A stretch of 64,000 nt of DNA, taken from NCBI GenBank assembly GCA_963733375.1, contig CAVTDB010000020.1, forward strand, positions 2,467 through 66,466, read 5' to 3'. The stretch comes from Nitrospirota bacterium (GTDB taxonomy: Bacteria > Nitrospirota > JACRHJ01). Under the pieces are notes generated by a model, which ran no database searches, had not been told where the DNA came from, and saw only the letters and a program-made list of their open reading frames with translations. The translations under genes and the position numbers were made by a program. Of the stretch, positions 8,184 to 17,828 are shown piece after piece; within the stretch, counting starts at the first letter, position 1, and each line of letters begins with the position of its first letter.

Positions 8184-10737
8184 TGGCGGGCGCCGGCCAA
8201 TTAAAAAAATCATTTCTGCTTTTATTCCTATGCGTTCTTTTTCTGTCAGCCTGCGCCGGGGGGCCGGGAGTATCAGGCAGCAAACGAAGGCCCCGTCGTC
8301 TTGAAGAAGGTGGACGTCGTCGACAACGATAAAAATACCGCCATAGTCATTACCACGGGCGCGCCGGTCATATTTACGACGCTGAGGCAGCAGGACCCCC
8401 CGAAGCTTATACTGGACCTGGCGGGAGTGGAGCCCGGCGAGGCAGGTGGCAGGCTCAACGTGGACAAAGGGCCGGTATCCTACATCAGTTCGTATAAGGC
8501 GGAGAATGCAAAGCAGATAACCAGGGTCGAAATCGCGCTGACCACGGATGCCGAAAGCATAATAACCCAGAACGAGTCTTCGATAAACGTTATCTTAAGC
8601 AAAACCGAAAAACATGTATTTCCAGGTACGGCAACCCCGGAGGCGAAGGCGCCCGAGGCGCCGCCCGCGCCAGAGGAAAAAGTCGCGAAGGCCGAGGCCG
8701 CCAGACCGGCGGCCCCTTCTGAAAAAGCCGCCATCAAACCTGTAGCGCCTCCCGCAAAGGCCGAGGCGTGCGGGGTGAGCGCTCCCGGCCATAAATCATC
8801 TTGTCCGACTCTCCCTGAGGCAAAGACGCTGACCAATATCTCCTTCTTCAAAGAGGGGGACAGCGCAGGCGTGCGCCTCCAGGGGGACGGGGTATTTAAA
8901 AAGCCGGAAATTTTCAAGCTTGGCGCGAACAGGCTCGTCGTGGACTTAATCGACATGAATTCCATAAAGGCCAAAGAGAGTTTCGACGTAAACGGGAAGG
9001 TGCTGGCAAAAGTCCGGATGGCCGCTCACAGGGATCTGCCCCGGAAGGTCCGGATAGTCCTGGACGTGAAGGGACCTTACGATTATGACGTTGAAAACTA
9101 GGGCAGGACTTTGGTGGTGAGCGTGCATCCGCCGGTAATGGCGAAAAAAGCTCCCGCCGCCGCCCACGCCGCGCCCGCCGCGCCTCCAGCGGCCCCGGCG
9201 CCGAAGGCAAAGGCGGAAGCCCCCAAGGCGGCGCCCGCTCGCCCGCGCCGGAGCGGGAGGCTAAAAAAGAAGCCCCTGCGCCAATGGCGCCGCGTAACGT
9301 CAAATCCAGACCGTCCGAGGCGAAATCACCCGCGCCCGTTAATATCTATGTCTCTCGCGCCGGGGGAAAGACTATTCTTTCTTCCAAGCCCCTTGCCTCC
9401 CGGACCCCGGCAGACAGCGCGGATTTAATGGACGCACAGGACAAGAAATATACCGGCGGCAAGATCTCCTTTGACGTCCAGGACGCCGACCTCGACAAGG
9501 TAATAAAGCTTCTGGCGGACGTCGCGGGCTTGAACCTGATAATGGACCCCACCGACGTCAAGGGGAAGGTCACTTTAAAGCTGGACAACGTCCCCTGGGA
9601 CCAGGCCCTTGACATACTTCTCCGGATTTACAACCTGGATAAGCGGATAGACGGGAACGTCTTAAGGGTGGCCTCGAAGGCAAGGCTGGATGACGAGACA
9701 AGGCGCGACCTGCTCCAGGTGGCGGAGCGGAAGAAACTGGAACAGGAGGCGGAAGACCTGTATACCATGACGTTCAAGATCAATTACATGAAGGCGACAG
9801 AGCTTGAGCCGAAGATAAAAAAGATCCTCTCCCCGAGAGGCGACATAATATCGAACGAGAGCACCAACGAGATTATCGTCACAGACATACGGCGCAATCT
9901 CGACAAGGCGGGGGACCTGATAAAGATACTGGACAAGGAAGTAAAGCAGGTGATGATAGAGGCGCGTATAGTGACGGTGGACGTGGGCTACAGCAGGTCG
10001 CTGGGCGTCTCCTGGGGCCTCACAAAGAATAGCGGGAATAACCCGAGCATCGGCGTGCTGGGAGGCTCCGCCGCAACCGGAACAACCACCGCAACCCAGG
10101 CGTGGTGGGAATAGGGGCTACCGGCGGGTCTACGCCGAATTATTCGATTAATATTCCGTCGGAACTGGCGGCGGCGGCTGGAGGCGTGGCAGGCAGCTTT
10201 GCCTGGGGCCATCTCCTGAAAGGGGTCAACCTTGACCTTACGATACAGGCATTAGAGGCGATCAACAAACTGGAGACGCTGGCCGCGCCGAAGGTCATGA
10301 CGCTTGAGAATAAAGCGGCCTCCATAGTCCAGGGCACCACCCTGTACGTCCAGACCACGTCGGCGGCGGGGACTGCTCCTACGCCTTTGAACGCAAATCT
10401 AAGCCTTACGGTCACGCCGCGCGTCACGGGCGACGACTTTATATCCATGGACATAGTCGCCACCGACAACACCCCGTCAACCATAACGCCGGCGGGGGCC
10501 ACCGCGTCGATAGAGACCAAGTCCGTCAACACCAGCGTGATCGTAAAGGACGGCGATACAATCGTCCTGGGCGGGGTCTTCACTAAAGCTACCGATAAGT
10601 CCGTGTCGGAGGTCCCTCTCCTTGGCAAGATACCGCTTCTCGGCTGGTTGTTCAAGAACCAAACCTTGAACCAGCCCCAATCGGAGCTTCTGATATTCAT
10701 TACGCCGAAACTGGTGAAGCCGGTCGTGGCCCTTTAG
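8183..10737 (+). CDS. pilQ: type IV pilus secretin PilQ, disrupted by 3 frame breaks and 1 in-frame TAG
   Basis: An unlisted 49-codon ORF at 8183 encodes a lipoprotein signal peptide (MAGAGQLKKSFLLLFLCVLFLSAC). AMIN domains lie in 8301-9101, followed by an Ala/Pro/Lys linker. N0/N1 domains lie in 9284-10114. The secretin C-domain lies in 10102-10737 (VPLLGKIPLLGWLFK...ELLIFITPKLV). Breaks are near 8258-8263 (G6 run), about 9200-9280 and about 10100. The nonsense codon is at 9099-9101. Confidence 0.85.
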
Positions 10738-10765
10738 CTCTTGCAAATTAAAATATGACGGTTTA

Positions 10766-10794
10766 AAATGCGCCCGTAGGGGCGCATTTTTTTT
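10766..10794 (+). terminator. intrinsic terminator after pilQ
   Basis: ATGCGCCC-gtag-GGGCGCAT hairpin (10768-10787) followed by a T8 run. Confidence 0.75.
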
Positions 10795-10830
10795 AGTAAC
10801 GCCCCCTCTGTTGTTGATCGGCGTGCGATT

Positions 10831-11820
10831 TTGACCACCATCGGCATCCTGTGTGACCCGCGACCTCAGAAGGTGGGTCAATTTTGGACGCTGTCCAGCA
10901 TAGAAAACATTACTATCATAAGCGATAGCAAAGCTTTTTCTTTGGAGCCTAAATCTACTCAACTCGATCCGTCGGACTTTAAATTCTTGCGTAAATTTTT
11001 AGACGTAACTAAAGCTAATCTGGTTTTTGCCAAAGCTATTGTTATCGTTGAAGGCGATGCTGAAAATATATTGTTACCTATTTTAGCAAAAATATTGAGG
11101 CGAAATTTTTCCGAATATGGCGTATCGATAGTAAATGTTGGTAGTCGAGGGCTTTTCCGATATAGTAAAAGATTTCAACGCAATGATGAGAAAGCCATCC
11201 CAGTCAAAATCGCTTGTGTTGCAGATAGAGATATTATTCCTGATACTGCAAAAGAATATGTAAGGGAAGGGAGCGTTTTTGAATCAGCAACGGATTGCGC
11301 GCAAATCATAACAAGACTAAAAGAGCATGATGCAGGTCCTGTTAAAACATTCATATCTCCAAAGTGGACGTTAGAATATGACCTCGCTTATAGCGGGCTT
11401 GGTAAAGAAGTACACGTAGCAGTTCAGCTTGCAAAAAAATGTAATAATAAGACATTCGATAGAGACGCCACAGAAAAAGAAGCGATTAGCACTTTTAATG
11501 GGTGGCTAGCTCAAGGATTACAAAATGAAGAGCTTGCCGCAAAATTTTTTAAGCCTCTTTATAAAGAAAATCTGTTTCAAAAGCTGAGTCTCAATGTACA
11601 TCCGGCGACGGGGCTTTTTCCCTTCCACGAATTCACACCACGGGGCAGTCTTGTTATTGACTTGATAGAATATAGAGCTATATTTTTCAAACACAAAAAG
11701 GGGATCGTGCCTGATGTTCAATATAAGAAGTCTATCCCTGAAAAAGAGCTCACAAGCCTAAAGAGATATATTGTCGAGCAAATTAAGAAACTTGTAGGGC
11801 CTGTCCGCTATTTTGTGTAA
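10831..11820 (+). pseudogene. OLD-family nuclease relic: Toprim half only, ATPase domain missing
   Basis: LVFAKAIVIVEGDAENILLPILAK and CVADRD are the Toprim E and DxD motifs of OLD/GajA-type nucleases. Homology starts abruptly at about 10895, where composition switches to AT-rich. The first ~20 codons are GC-rich non-homologous read-in. The stop codon lies inside the IS256 inverted repeat. Confidence 0.7.
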
Positions 11821-12689
11821 ATGGTTTTTCGGTTTTATAAAGCCAGCACTCTTTCTTCAAACATTATCGAAAACTGATTCAACGCTGATTTCCAATCCCT
11901 GATTGGCATCGTCCATTTCTTTGCGATGTTAATGAGAGCTAAGTATAGCAGTTTCAGCATGGCCTAGTCATTGGGAAAGTGGCCCCGGTTTTTGGTTACC
12001 TTGCGAAGCGACATATTGAGCGATTCTATCGCGTTGGTCGTGTAGATCACCTTCCGTATCTCAGGCGGATAGGAAAACAGCGGTATGATCCGCTCCCAGT
12101 TGTTCCGCCATGACTTGGCTATGCTCGGATGGGTGGCGTCCCACTTGGCGGCAAAGGCATCGAGGTTAGACTGAGCCTGCTCCATGGTCGGGGCCTGATA
12201 GATCGTCTTCAAGTCTTCGGCCACCTCTTTACGCTGTTTCCAGGACACGTAGTTCAGCCTGTGGCGTACCATGTGGACTATGCAAAGCTGTATCTGGGTA
12301 TTTGGAAAGACCGCCTCGATTGCTTCGGGAAAACCCTTGAGACCGTCCACGCAGGCGATGAAAATATCTTTCACGCCTCGGTTCTTCAGTTCCGTGACCA
12401 CCTGGAGCCAGAACTTGGCGCTCTCGGTCTCGGCCAACCACATTCCGAGGACTTCCTTTTTGCCTTCCATGGTAACGCCTATGCCCAGATAAACGGCCTT
12501 GCACGGTCATCTCGGACTGCATCGCACGCTCTAAAAGCTGCTTTGTGAGTTGCTTGAGAAGCCCGTTCTCACCAATAAGGTCTTCGGGCTTCTTGTAGTC
12601 CTTCATTAACGCATCGAGTAGCTCGTCGGTAGTGGCCATCGGTTCCTCCTTGAGGGTTAAATTTAAACCGATTCTGGCCATTTACACAA
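11815..12689 (-). mobile_element. IS256-family insertion sequence, internally deleted (875 bp)
   Basis: Terminal inverted repeats: GTGTAAATGG...CGGTTT at 11815, and its reverse complement at 12665-12689. Flanking 8-bp direct repeat GCTATTTT (11807-11814) / TCTATTTT (12690-12697), matching at 7 of 8 positions. Boundaries are ambiguous by 2 nt. Confidence 0.75.
11835..12639 (-). pseudogene. IS256-family (Mutator-type) transposase pseudogene
   Basis: The N-terminus [45 protein letters not shown] is fused out of frame, at about 12498-12505, to ...[61 protein letters not shown]. The central ~200 aa are missing. There is an in-frame TAG at 11964-11966 ([29 protein letters not shown]). Confidence 0.85.
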
Positions 12690-12697
12690 TCTATTTT

Positions 12698-13368
12698 ACA
12701 GGCTCAAAGAGCCCTTACCTTCGGATGGTCGTCGTAGGAAAGGACGAACTTTCCGTCGATGCACTTCAGTGTATCCCGAAGCTTGACGTGCATCTCCGGC
12801 TCCGGATATCTCCGTCAACATATAATAGGGCGGGTCGCAATAAAACACAGCGCCTTTTCTGTCCCATTTAGGGATTAACGCCTCAAAACTCTGTGACTCT
12901 ATATAAACACGCTGCAGGCGTTTCACGATACGTCTCCATGTCTTTAAGACAGCACGGGTATTTATTTTGCTTTGACCGGGCAGCACTCCATCCCGTCGTC
13001 ACACCGGCACCGAAACCGGTTGAGATCAAATAATAAAAGACGATAGCCTTTTCGATATCGTCTTTATATTGGCCTTTTTTATAACGTTCTTGGAAGGCAT
13101 GGTATTCTGAGCGGGATGATAAAAGGAAATACCGCCTCTTTAGGAACTGGTCCAGCTTATCTATGACGACACTGAAGAGGTTCACCAGGCCGTAGTGGAC
13201 GTCGTTATAATCATCAACCTCGCCTTTCTTTTGTTATTTTTTAAAGAGTACCTTTGCGCCGTCGCCGAATACCTCAATAAATCCAGTCCGGTTCTCCGGG
13301 AGCATCTCCACTATCGTTTTGGCCAGCTTCGCCTTCCCGCCGATCCAAGGCACAAATGCTTTTGACAC
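12698..13368 (-). pseudogene. D12-class N6-adenine DNA methyltransferase (Dam-like) relic
   Basis: GTG start at 13368 behind a GGAGG. SKAFVPWIGGKAKLAKTIVEMLP (SAM-binding region) and FYCDPPY (motif IV). In-frame TAA at 13234-13236, at least 2 frame breaks, and the 3' end is cut by the IS256 insertion. Confidence 0.75.
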
Positions 13369-13426
13369 GTTTTTGCCTCCCTGTCGTTAATCTCACGCTT
13401 CTTCTCAAAAAATATCTAACTATATG

Positions 13427-14986
13427 TTAATTAACACCAATTCCGTAATTCCTTATCTTTGTCAGGAGGGTCTTGTAGCTCACGCTCAGAAGCTCACGGG
13501 CCCGGCTTTTGTTACCCCCGGAGGATGCTAGTGCCCCCTTTATCGCCTCTATTTCGGCGGCCCTTGCCGCAATCGAGGCCGTCCGCTGGAGCCCGCCCGG
13601 CGCTTCTCCTTCTACCGGTATCCGGTCCAGATGCTCCAATCCTATCTCGCCGCCGTCGACGAGTATTACAGCTCTCTCGATGCAGTTTGCCAGCTCCCGC
13701 ACGTTCCCTTTCCACTCCATTCCCAAAAGCGCATCCGACACATCGCCTGAAATATGAAGAGGCCCTTTTTTAAGCTCGGACCGGTATATCTCCAGGAAGT
13801 GCCGTGCTAGAAGAGGTATGTCTTCCCGCCTGTCGCGAAGAGGCGGGATATGCACTGGGAACACGTTCAGCCGGTAATAGAGGTCTTCCCGGAACATCCC
13901 GTCCCGCACGGCCTTTATTAAATCCCTGTTGCTGGCCGCCGCGACCCTTACGTCAACTGAAAAGGGTTCGGAACCGCCCAAGCGCTCGATCATCTCGCCC
14001 TGGAGCGCCCGGAGGAGCTTTGCCTGAAGAGACGGGGCCATCTCTCCTACCTCGTCCAAGAAAAGCGTACCCTTGTCGGCATGCTCGAACTTGCCTATCC
14101 TCCTCGTTTCGGCACTGGTAAAAGCGCCCTTTTCGTGCCCGAAGAGCTCGGACTCCATAAGATCCTTCGGGATTGCGGAGCAGTTAACCGCCACGAACGG
14201 ACCGCCTTTTCTGGGGGAGAGGTGGTGCAGTGTCTTGGCGAACAGCTCTTTTCCGGTGCCCGACTCCCCTGTTATCAAGACCGTCGCCTTAGTCGGAGCG
14301 GCTTTCCTCAGGAGTTCAAGCGAGTCCATGAGCGCCTTGCTTTTCCCGACAAGCATCGGGAGCGAGAGTTCATGGGCTAACTCCTCTTTTAGCACCACGT
14401 TTTCCGAGGCCAGCTTCCCGCTCTCCAGGGCCTTCTCCGCAAGCGCCAGCATATGCGAGATGCCGAACGGCTTGGTCAGAAAGTCATAAGTCCCAGCCTC
14501 TACCGCCCCGACCGCCGTCTCGATGCTGCCGAACGCGGTCATCTGCTTGAGCTTACGGTTTTCGTTCTCAAGGTTGTCTTGCCTGAGAAGCTCGTCCATA
14601 CTCAAAGTGACTACCCCCACAGGCTTGCTGGATTTTGGCTGGGAAACTACTGTTTTACGGGTAACTTGTCTTTTCACGGTTTTTATCCGAGGTCCAAGAT
14701 TAGGGTCGTGGAGAGAACCTTTGAGCTGATTAGGCGCTTTTGGTCCGGTGTTCTTAATGAGCCTGTATAAATTTTCTCTTCCTTGTTTTGGGGAACGGCT
14801 TCTGGAGCCGACGACTCTTATATATCCCGCTCTTAATAACGTACCAATATACTTTCTTGAATTAGCCACACTGGCCTCCGAGAGCCTGGCCACATCCCCG
14901 ACAGTAAACGGCCCCTTGAAAACCCTCATTACGCACCACGCCCGTGCATGAGCAGAGACCTTGCTCTTATCCGTTAGCCGCTTCAT
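13427..14986 (-). CDS. chimeric sigma54-dependent activator: element-derived wHTH-like N-terminus fused to a receiver-less AAA+/Fis-HTH enhancer-binding protein
   Basis: Intact 519-aa ORF. Residues from about 150 onward read [11 protein letters not shown]...GESGTGKE...GAFTSA...RELANCIERAV...[22 protein letters not shown] (NtrC family). Residues 1 to about 148 have no receiver-domain similarity, and the start is ATGA-coupled to the MuB-like gene. Homology with the paralog at 18402-19757 stops at nt 14542. Confidence 0.8.
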   Translation of the reverse strand: MKRLTDKSKVSAHARAWCVMRVFKGPFTVGDVARLSEASVANSRKYIGTLLRAGYIRVVGSRSRSPKQGRENLYRLIKNTGPKAPNQLKGSLHDPNLGPRIKTVKRQVTRKTVVSQPKSSKPVGVVTLSMDELLRQDNLENENRKLKQMTAFGSIETAVGAVEAGTYDFLTKPFGISHMLALAEKALESGKLASENVVLKEELAHELSLPMLVGKSKALMDSLELLRKAAPTKATVLITGESGTGKELFAKTLHHLSPRKGGPFVAVNCSAIPKDLMESELFGHEKGAFTSAETRRIGKFEHADKGTLFLDEVGEMAPSLQAKLLRALQGEMIERLGGSEPFSVDVRVAAASNRDLIKAVRDGMFREDLYYRLNVFPVHIPPLRDRREDIPLLARHFLEIYRSELKKGPLHISGDVSDALLGMEWKGNVRELANCIERAVILVDGGEIGLEHLDRIPVEGEAPGGLQRTASIAARAAEIEAIKGALASSGGNKSRARELLSVSYKTLLTKIRNYGIGVN

Positions 14987-15687
14987 TTCTTTGCCCGCCA
15001 GTCAAGGTCTCTGATGTGGGAGGCATCTATTTGCTTGAGGTTGTTGCGCTTGGCGAGAACCTCAATATGGTTGATGATTATCTTCAGGGAGCGAAAACAG
15101 CCTGAAGATGCTTTTGCCATGGCATCAGAGGCCTCATATGTCATGCTTACCTCACACAGTTCTTTGGCTGCCTTCATTATGTCCTCGTTATCCAGGGGCT
15201 GGAACTTGTTTATCTGGCTTATGCGTGAGAAGAAATGCGGGTGGCGCATCAGCTTCTTATCTACGGACCCCATACCTATTAGAAGGATCGGGGTGCCACA
15301 TTCGTCGTGAAGGTCTCGTAAGGATTCCAGGACCCTTGAGTCGTGGCAGCAGAAGTCGGCCTCGTCAATTATCAGCATGACATTACTTCCCATAAGCAGT
15401 TCCACCGCCTGTCCAAACAAACTTGAAAACCTGTAATATGGGTCGGCTCCAAGGGCATTGACGATCATATCGAAGAACCACCTGTGTGATATTGCAGCTC
15501 TTGCCCGGACATATACGGCATTTGAGCCTTTGCGTCCAACAAACCATGTGCAGGTCTCGGTTTTCCCGAGGCCGGGGTCGGAGTAAATTAGCCCAAAGCC
15601 GGGGACTCCGTTGCCGCGTTCTTTCAGATTGTCGATCATTTCGACGGACCTCATGACGTTCTTGGTCTTAACAAACACGTTGTGCAT
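14983..15687 (-). CDS. MuB/TniB-like AAA+ transposition ATPase
   Basis: Walker A (SDPGLGKTE) and Walker B (MLIIDEAD). The likely start is MHNVFVK at 15687, behind AAGGAGG; the track start at 15735 reads through an intergenic hairpin. Lies downstream of the DDE transposase. Confidence 0.8.
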   Translation of the reverse strand: MHNVFVKTKNVMRSVEMIDNLKERGNGVPGFGLIYSDPGLGKTETCTWFVGRKGSNAVYVRARAAISHRWFFDMIVNALGADPYYRFSSLFGQAVELLMGSNVMLIIDEADFCCHDSRVLESLRDLHDECGTPILLIGMGSVDKKLMRHPHFFSRISQINKFQPLDNEDIMKAAKELCEVSMTYEASDAMAKASSGCFRSLKIIINHIEVLAKRNNLKQIDASHIRDLDWRAKK

Positions 15688-15734
15688 GGTGCACCTCCTT
15701 GTTAAATGGAAAAGGCCCCGAGCGGGGCCTTTCA

Positions 15735-17741
15735 TCAGACATACGAGGCGAGCTTTGCCTCGTATTCGGTTAGCCAGCTTCTTTCATCAGGGCTTAAGTC
15801 CTGCCTGCTTCTGAGGGCAAGGTACTTGTCATAGTCGGATTTATACAGCCCATTGCTTTTTGTTTTTTTACTTCTTACAATCCCGTCGGCAACCGACAAA
15901 TGACTTACGGCAAGCTTTGCCTCCAGTGCCTCGACGTGCTCCGCTATCCTGGGAACTGTTGGCACAATCTCATGCCAGGGCAGGACCGCATCCTTGGAGG
16001 CGTCCTTGGCCATTTTAACGACCTTTAAAGTCTGGCGTTTAAGGGACCGTTTCCTTCGGATGCCTTCCTTCACCGCGTCCATAGTCACCGGGTTGCCGGT
16101 AAGCTTTGCCATCGGGTGTACAGGCTCGACCAGCTTAGCCGAGCAGAGGTACTCGCCTCTTATGTGTGTAAACGAACACCTGAGATAAATCGAAGAAGCT
16201 GTACCGTATGCGGACTTTGTCTCGTAAACCGTAAAGGGCCTCGTGGAAGTATTCGTTGCCGAGGAACCTGATGCCGTTCCTGCCGATGGAGGCCGTCTCA
16301 ACGGACAACATCAGGTAATCCAGCTCGCGGGCATTTATTCCATTACCACGTCCTGCATTAAGGACTTCGCCCGGTGTACGCCCATTGAGGCCGCCGTGTG
16401 GCTGTGTCCGGTAATATTCCCGCCACTTGCCTATCATGGCCATTGCCTCCGGTATTGTGGGCACCCAGTCATTATGCAGGCTCTTGAGGAATTTTTCGTT
16501 CCGTTTCATGTAGCCGGGTTTATCCTCTATTGAAGCGCCGGTAAACGAGGGCATGAGCCTTTCAAACGAGTCGGAGAAAGTCCCGAAGAAGCGCTCAATG
16601 GGTTTACTCTGCGCGTTATACGGCCAGGCAAAGGACGTAATAATGCCGAGCCTCGCAAACATCCCGTAAAAGCCGCACTCCTCAAAGCTCGGACTCGCTT
16701 GTGAAATACCTTCGCCTTGAACGCCTTGCCGTTATCGAGCAGGGCTGCCTTCGGGAACTTACCAAGCTCCAGGACCGCATTACGGAGGGCACCGGCAACG
16801 GCCTGTATGTTTTCCTCGACCATAATCTCGTAGCCTAACAAGTCACGGCTTGCCCAGTCGTAGAAACCAACGAGTACGGCACGGCAAGGTTTTCCGGTAT
16901 ATGGGTTTATCACCTGAAAATTGAGCCTGTGGCCGTCGGCGACCAGGACGTCGCCGACATCAAGCAGGGACGAATCACGCTTCAGGAACGGGAGCACCTT
17001 GTCGTTTAGGGCCTTCTCGCCCTCACGGAGCGCAATCCACAGGTCATAATGACGCTTCTTGAAGTTATCGACAAACCGGCGAAGGGTCATGCCTGATGAA
17101 GGGGAGGGGAGGCCACGGCGCTCTAAGATATACTTTGTCAGCTTTATAGCCGTCTCGACCTTGACCTGGTTCTGGTGCAGGAGCTGCGTAAGGAGCAGGT
17201 TGGCCTCGTCTTCGGTGACCTTCGACCTCTCACCTTGCTTATTGGTGGGTCCCGGGGCCAGGACACGGTAATCGCTGTCCCCGTCCTTATATGCCTTCTC
17301 CCACCGGTAAAGTGTCCCGCGCGAGATGGTGCCCAGAATCTTGAATATCTCCGGAAGCAGATGGCCGGTATTGTATGAGAGCAGGAAACAGCCCAAGGCG
17401 TCTCCGATACTACCTGATGCGATAGCTATCTCCTTGTCCTTGTGCCAGGCAGCAAGCAGGTCGGCACGAGCAAGTGCCGATTTCTCGGTCCGGGCGGGCA
17501 GGTGCCTTTTATCGGCTGCGCATATATTGGAGGGATGGGGCTGGTCTGTTTTACATTTAAGGTAGTTGTCTTGAACTTCGGGAGGGAGGGCGGAGAGAGG
17601 GATCAGGTACTTCCAGCCCGATGTGCCACGAGGGACTTTCTCGGCTGGAAGTTTTTCCAGGCTGATGAGCCTCTGGACCGACCTGACCGTTATGCCCAGG
17701 AGGTCGGCTGCCTCGGTAATCTCAACTCTTGAAGCTTCCAT
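15735..17741 (-). CDS. Mu-like DDE transposase (about 669 aa) with two frame breaks
   Basis: N-terminal HTH (ITEAADLLGITVRSVQRL). DDE triad candidates are LVADGHRLNF, LLDNGKAFK and SKPIERFFGT. The three track ORFs 16527-17741, 16135-16662 and 15735-16301 join with shifts near 16690 and 16170. Confidence 0.8.
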
Positions 17742-17828
17742 GCGGCATTGAAACCTCCTAACCCTTTGTCAATACTGCCGTTAAGTCGGACACACACTAC
17801 CTCTCTGCCGGGGACATTGCAAGTGGAT

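Noticed and set aside
8630-9290. Apparent repetitive Ala/Pro/Lys-coding DNA that looked like a tandem repeat array
   Set aside because: I found no fixed repeat unit. It is the low-complexity linker between the AMIN domains and the N0 domain of PilQ.
10800-10895. GC-rich 95-bp stretch (containing CCGCGACC and the TGACCC...GGGTCA inverted repeat) as the missing second end of the Mu-like element
   Set aside because: Only a single partial CGCGAC match to the TGTCGCGACA repeats, and no terminal inverted similarity to the 17830-18390 arm. The evidence is insufficient.
9099-11966. In-frame TAG codons (pilQ 9099-9101, IS256 transposase 11964-11966) as possible stop-codon recoding
   Set aside because: TAG is used as a normal stop by intact genes in the window (for example dxs). 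No pyrrolysine machinery or context is visible. Nonsense mutation or sequencing error is the simpler explanation.
12820-12850. GGGTCGCAATA resembling the TGTCGCAACA repeat motif
   Set aside because: It falls on the codons for the conserved YCDPPY methyltransferase motif, so it is a coincidental match.
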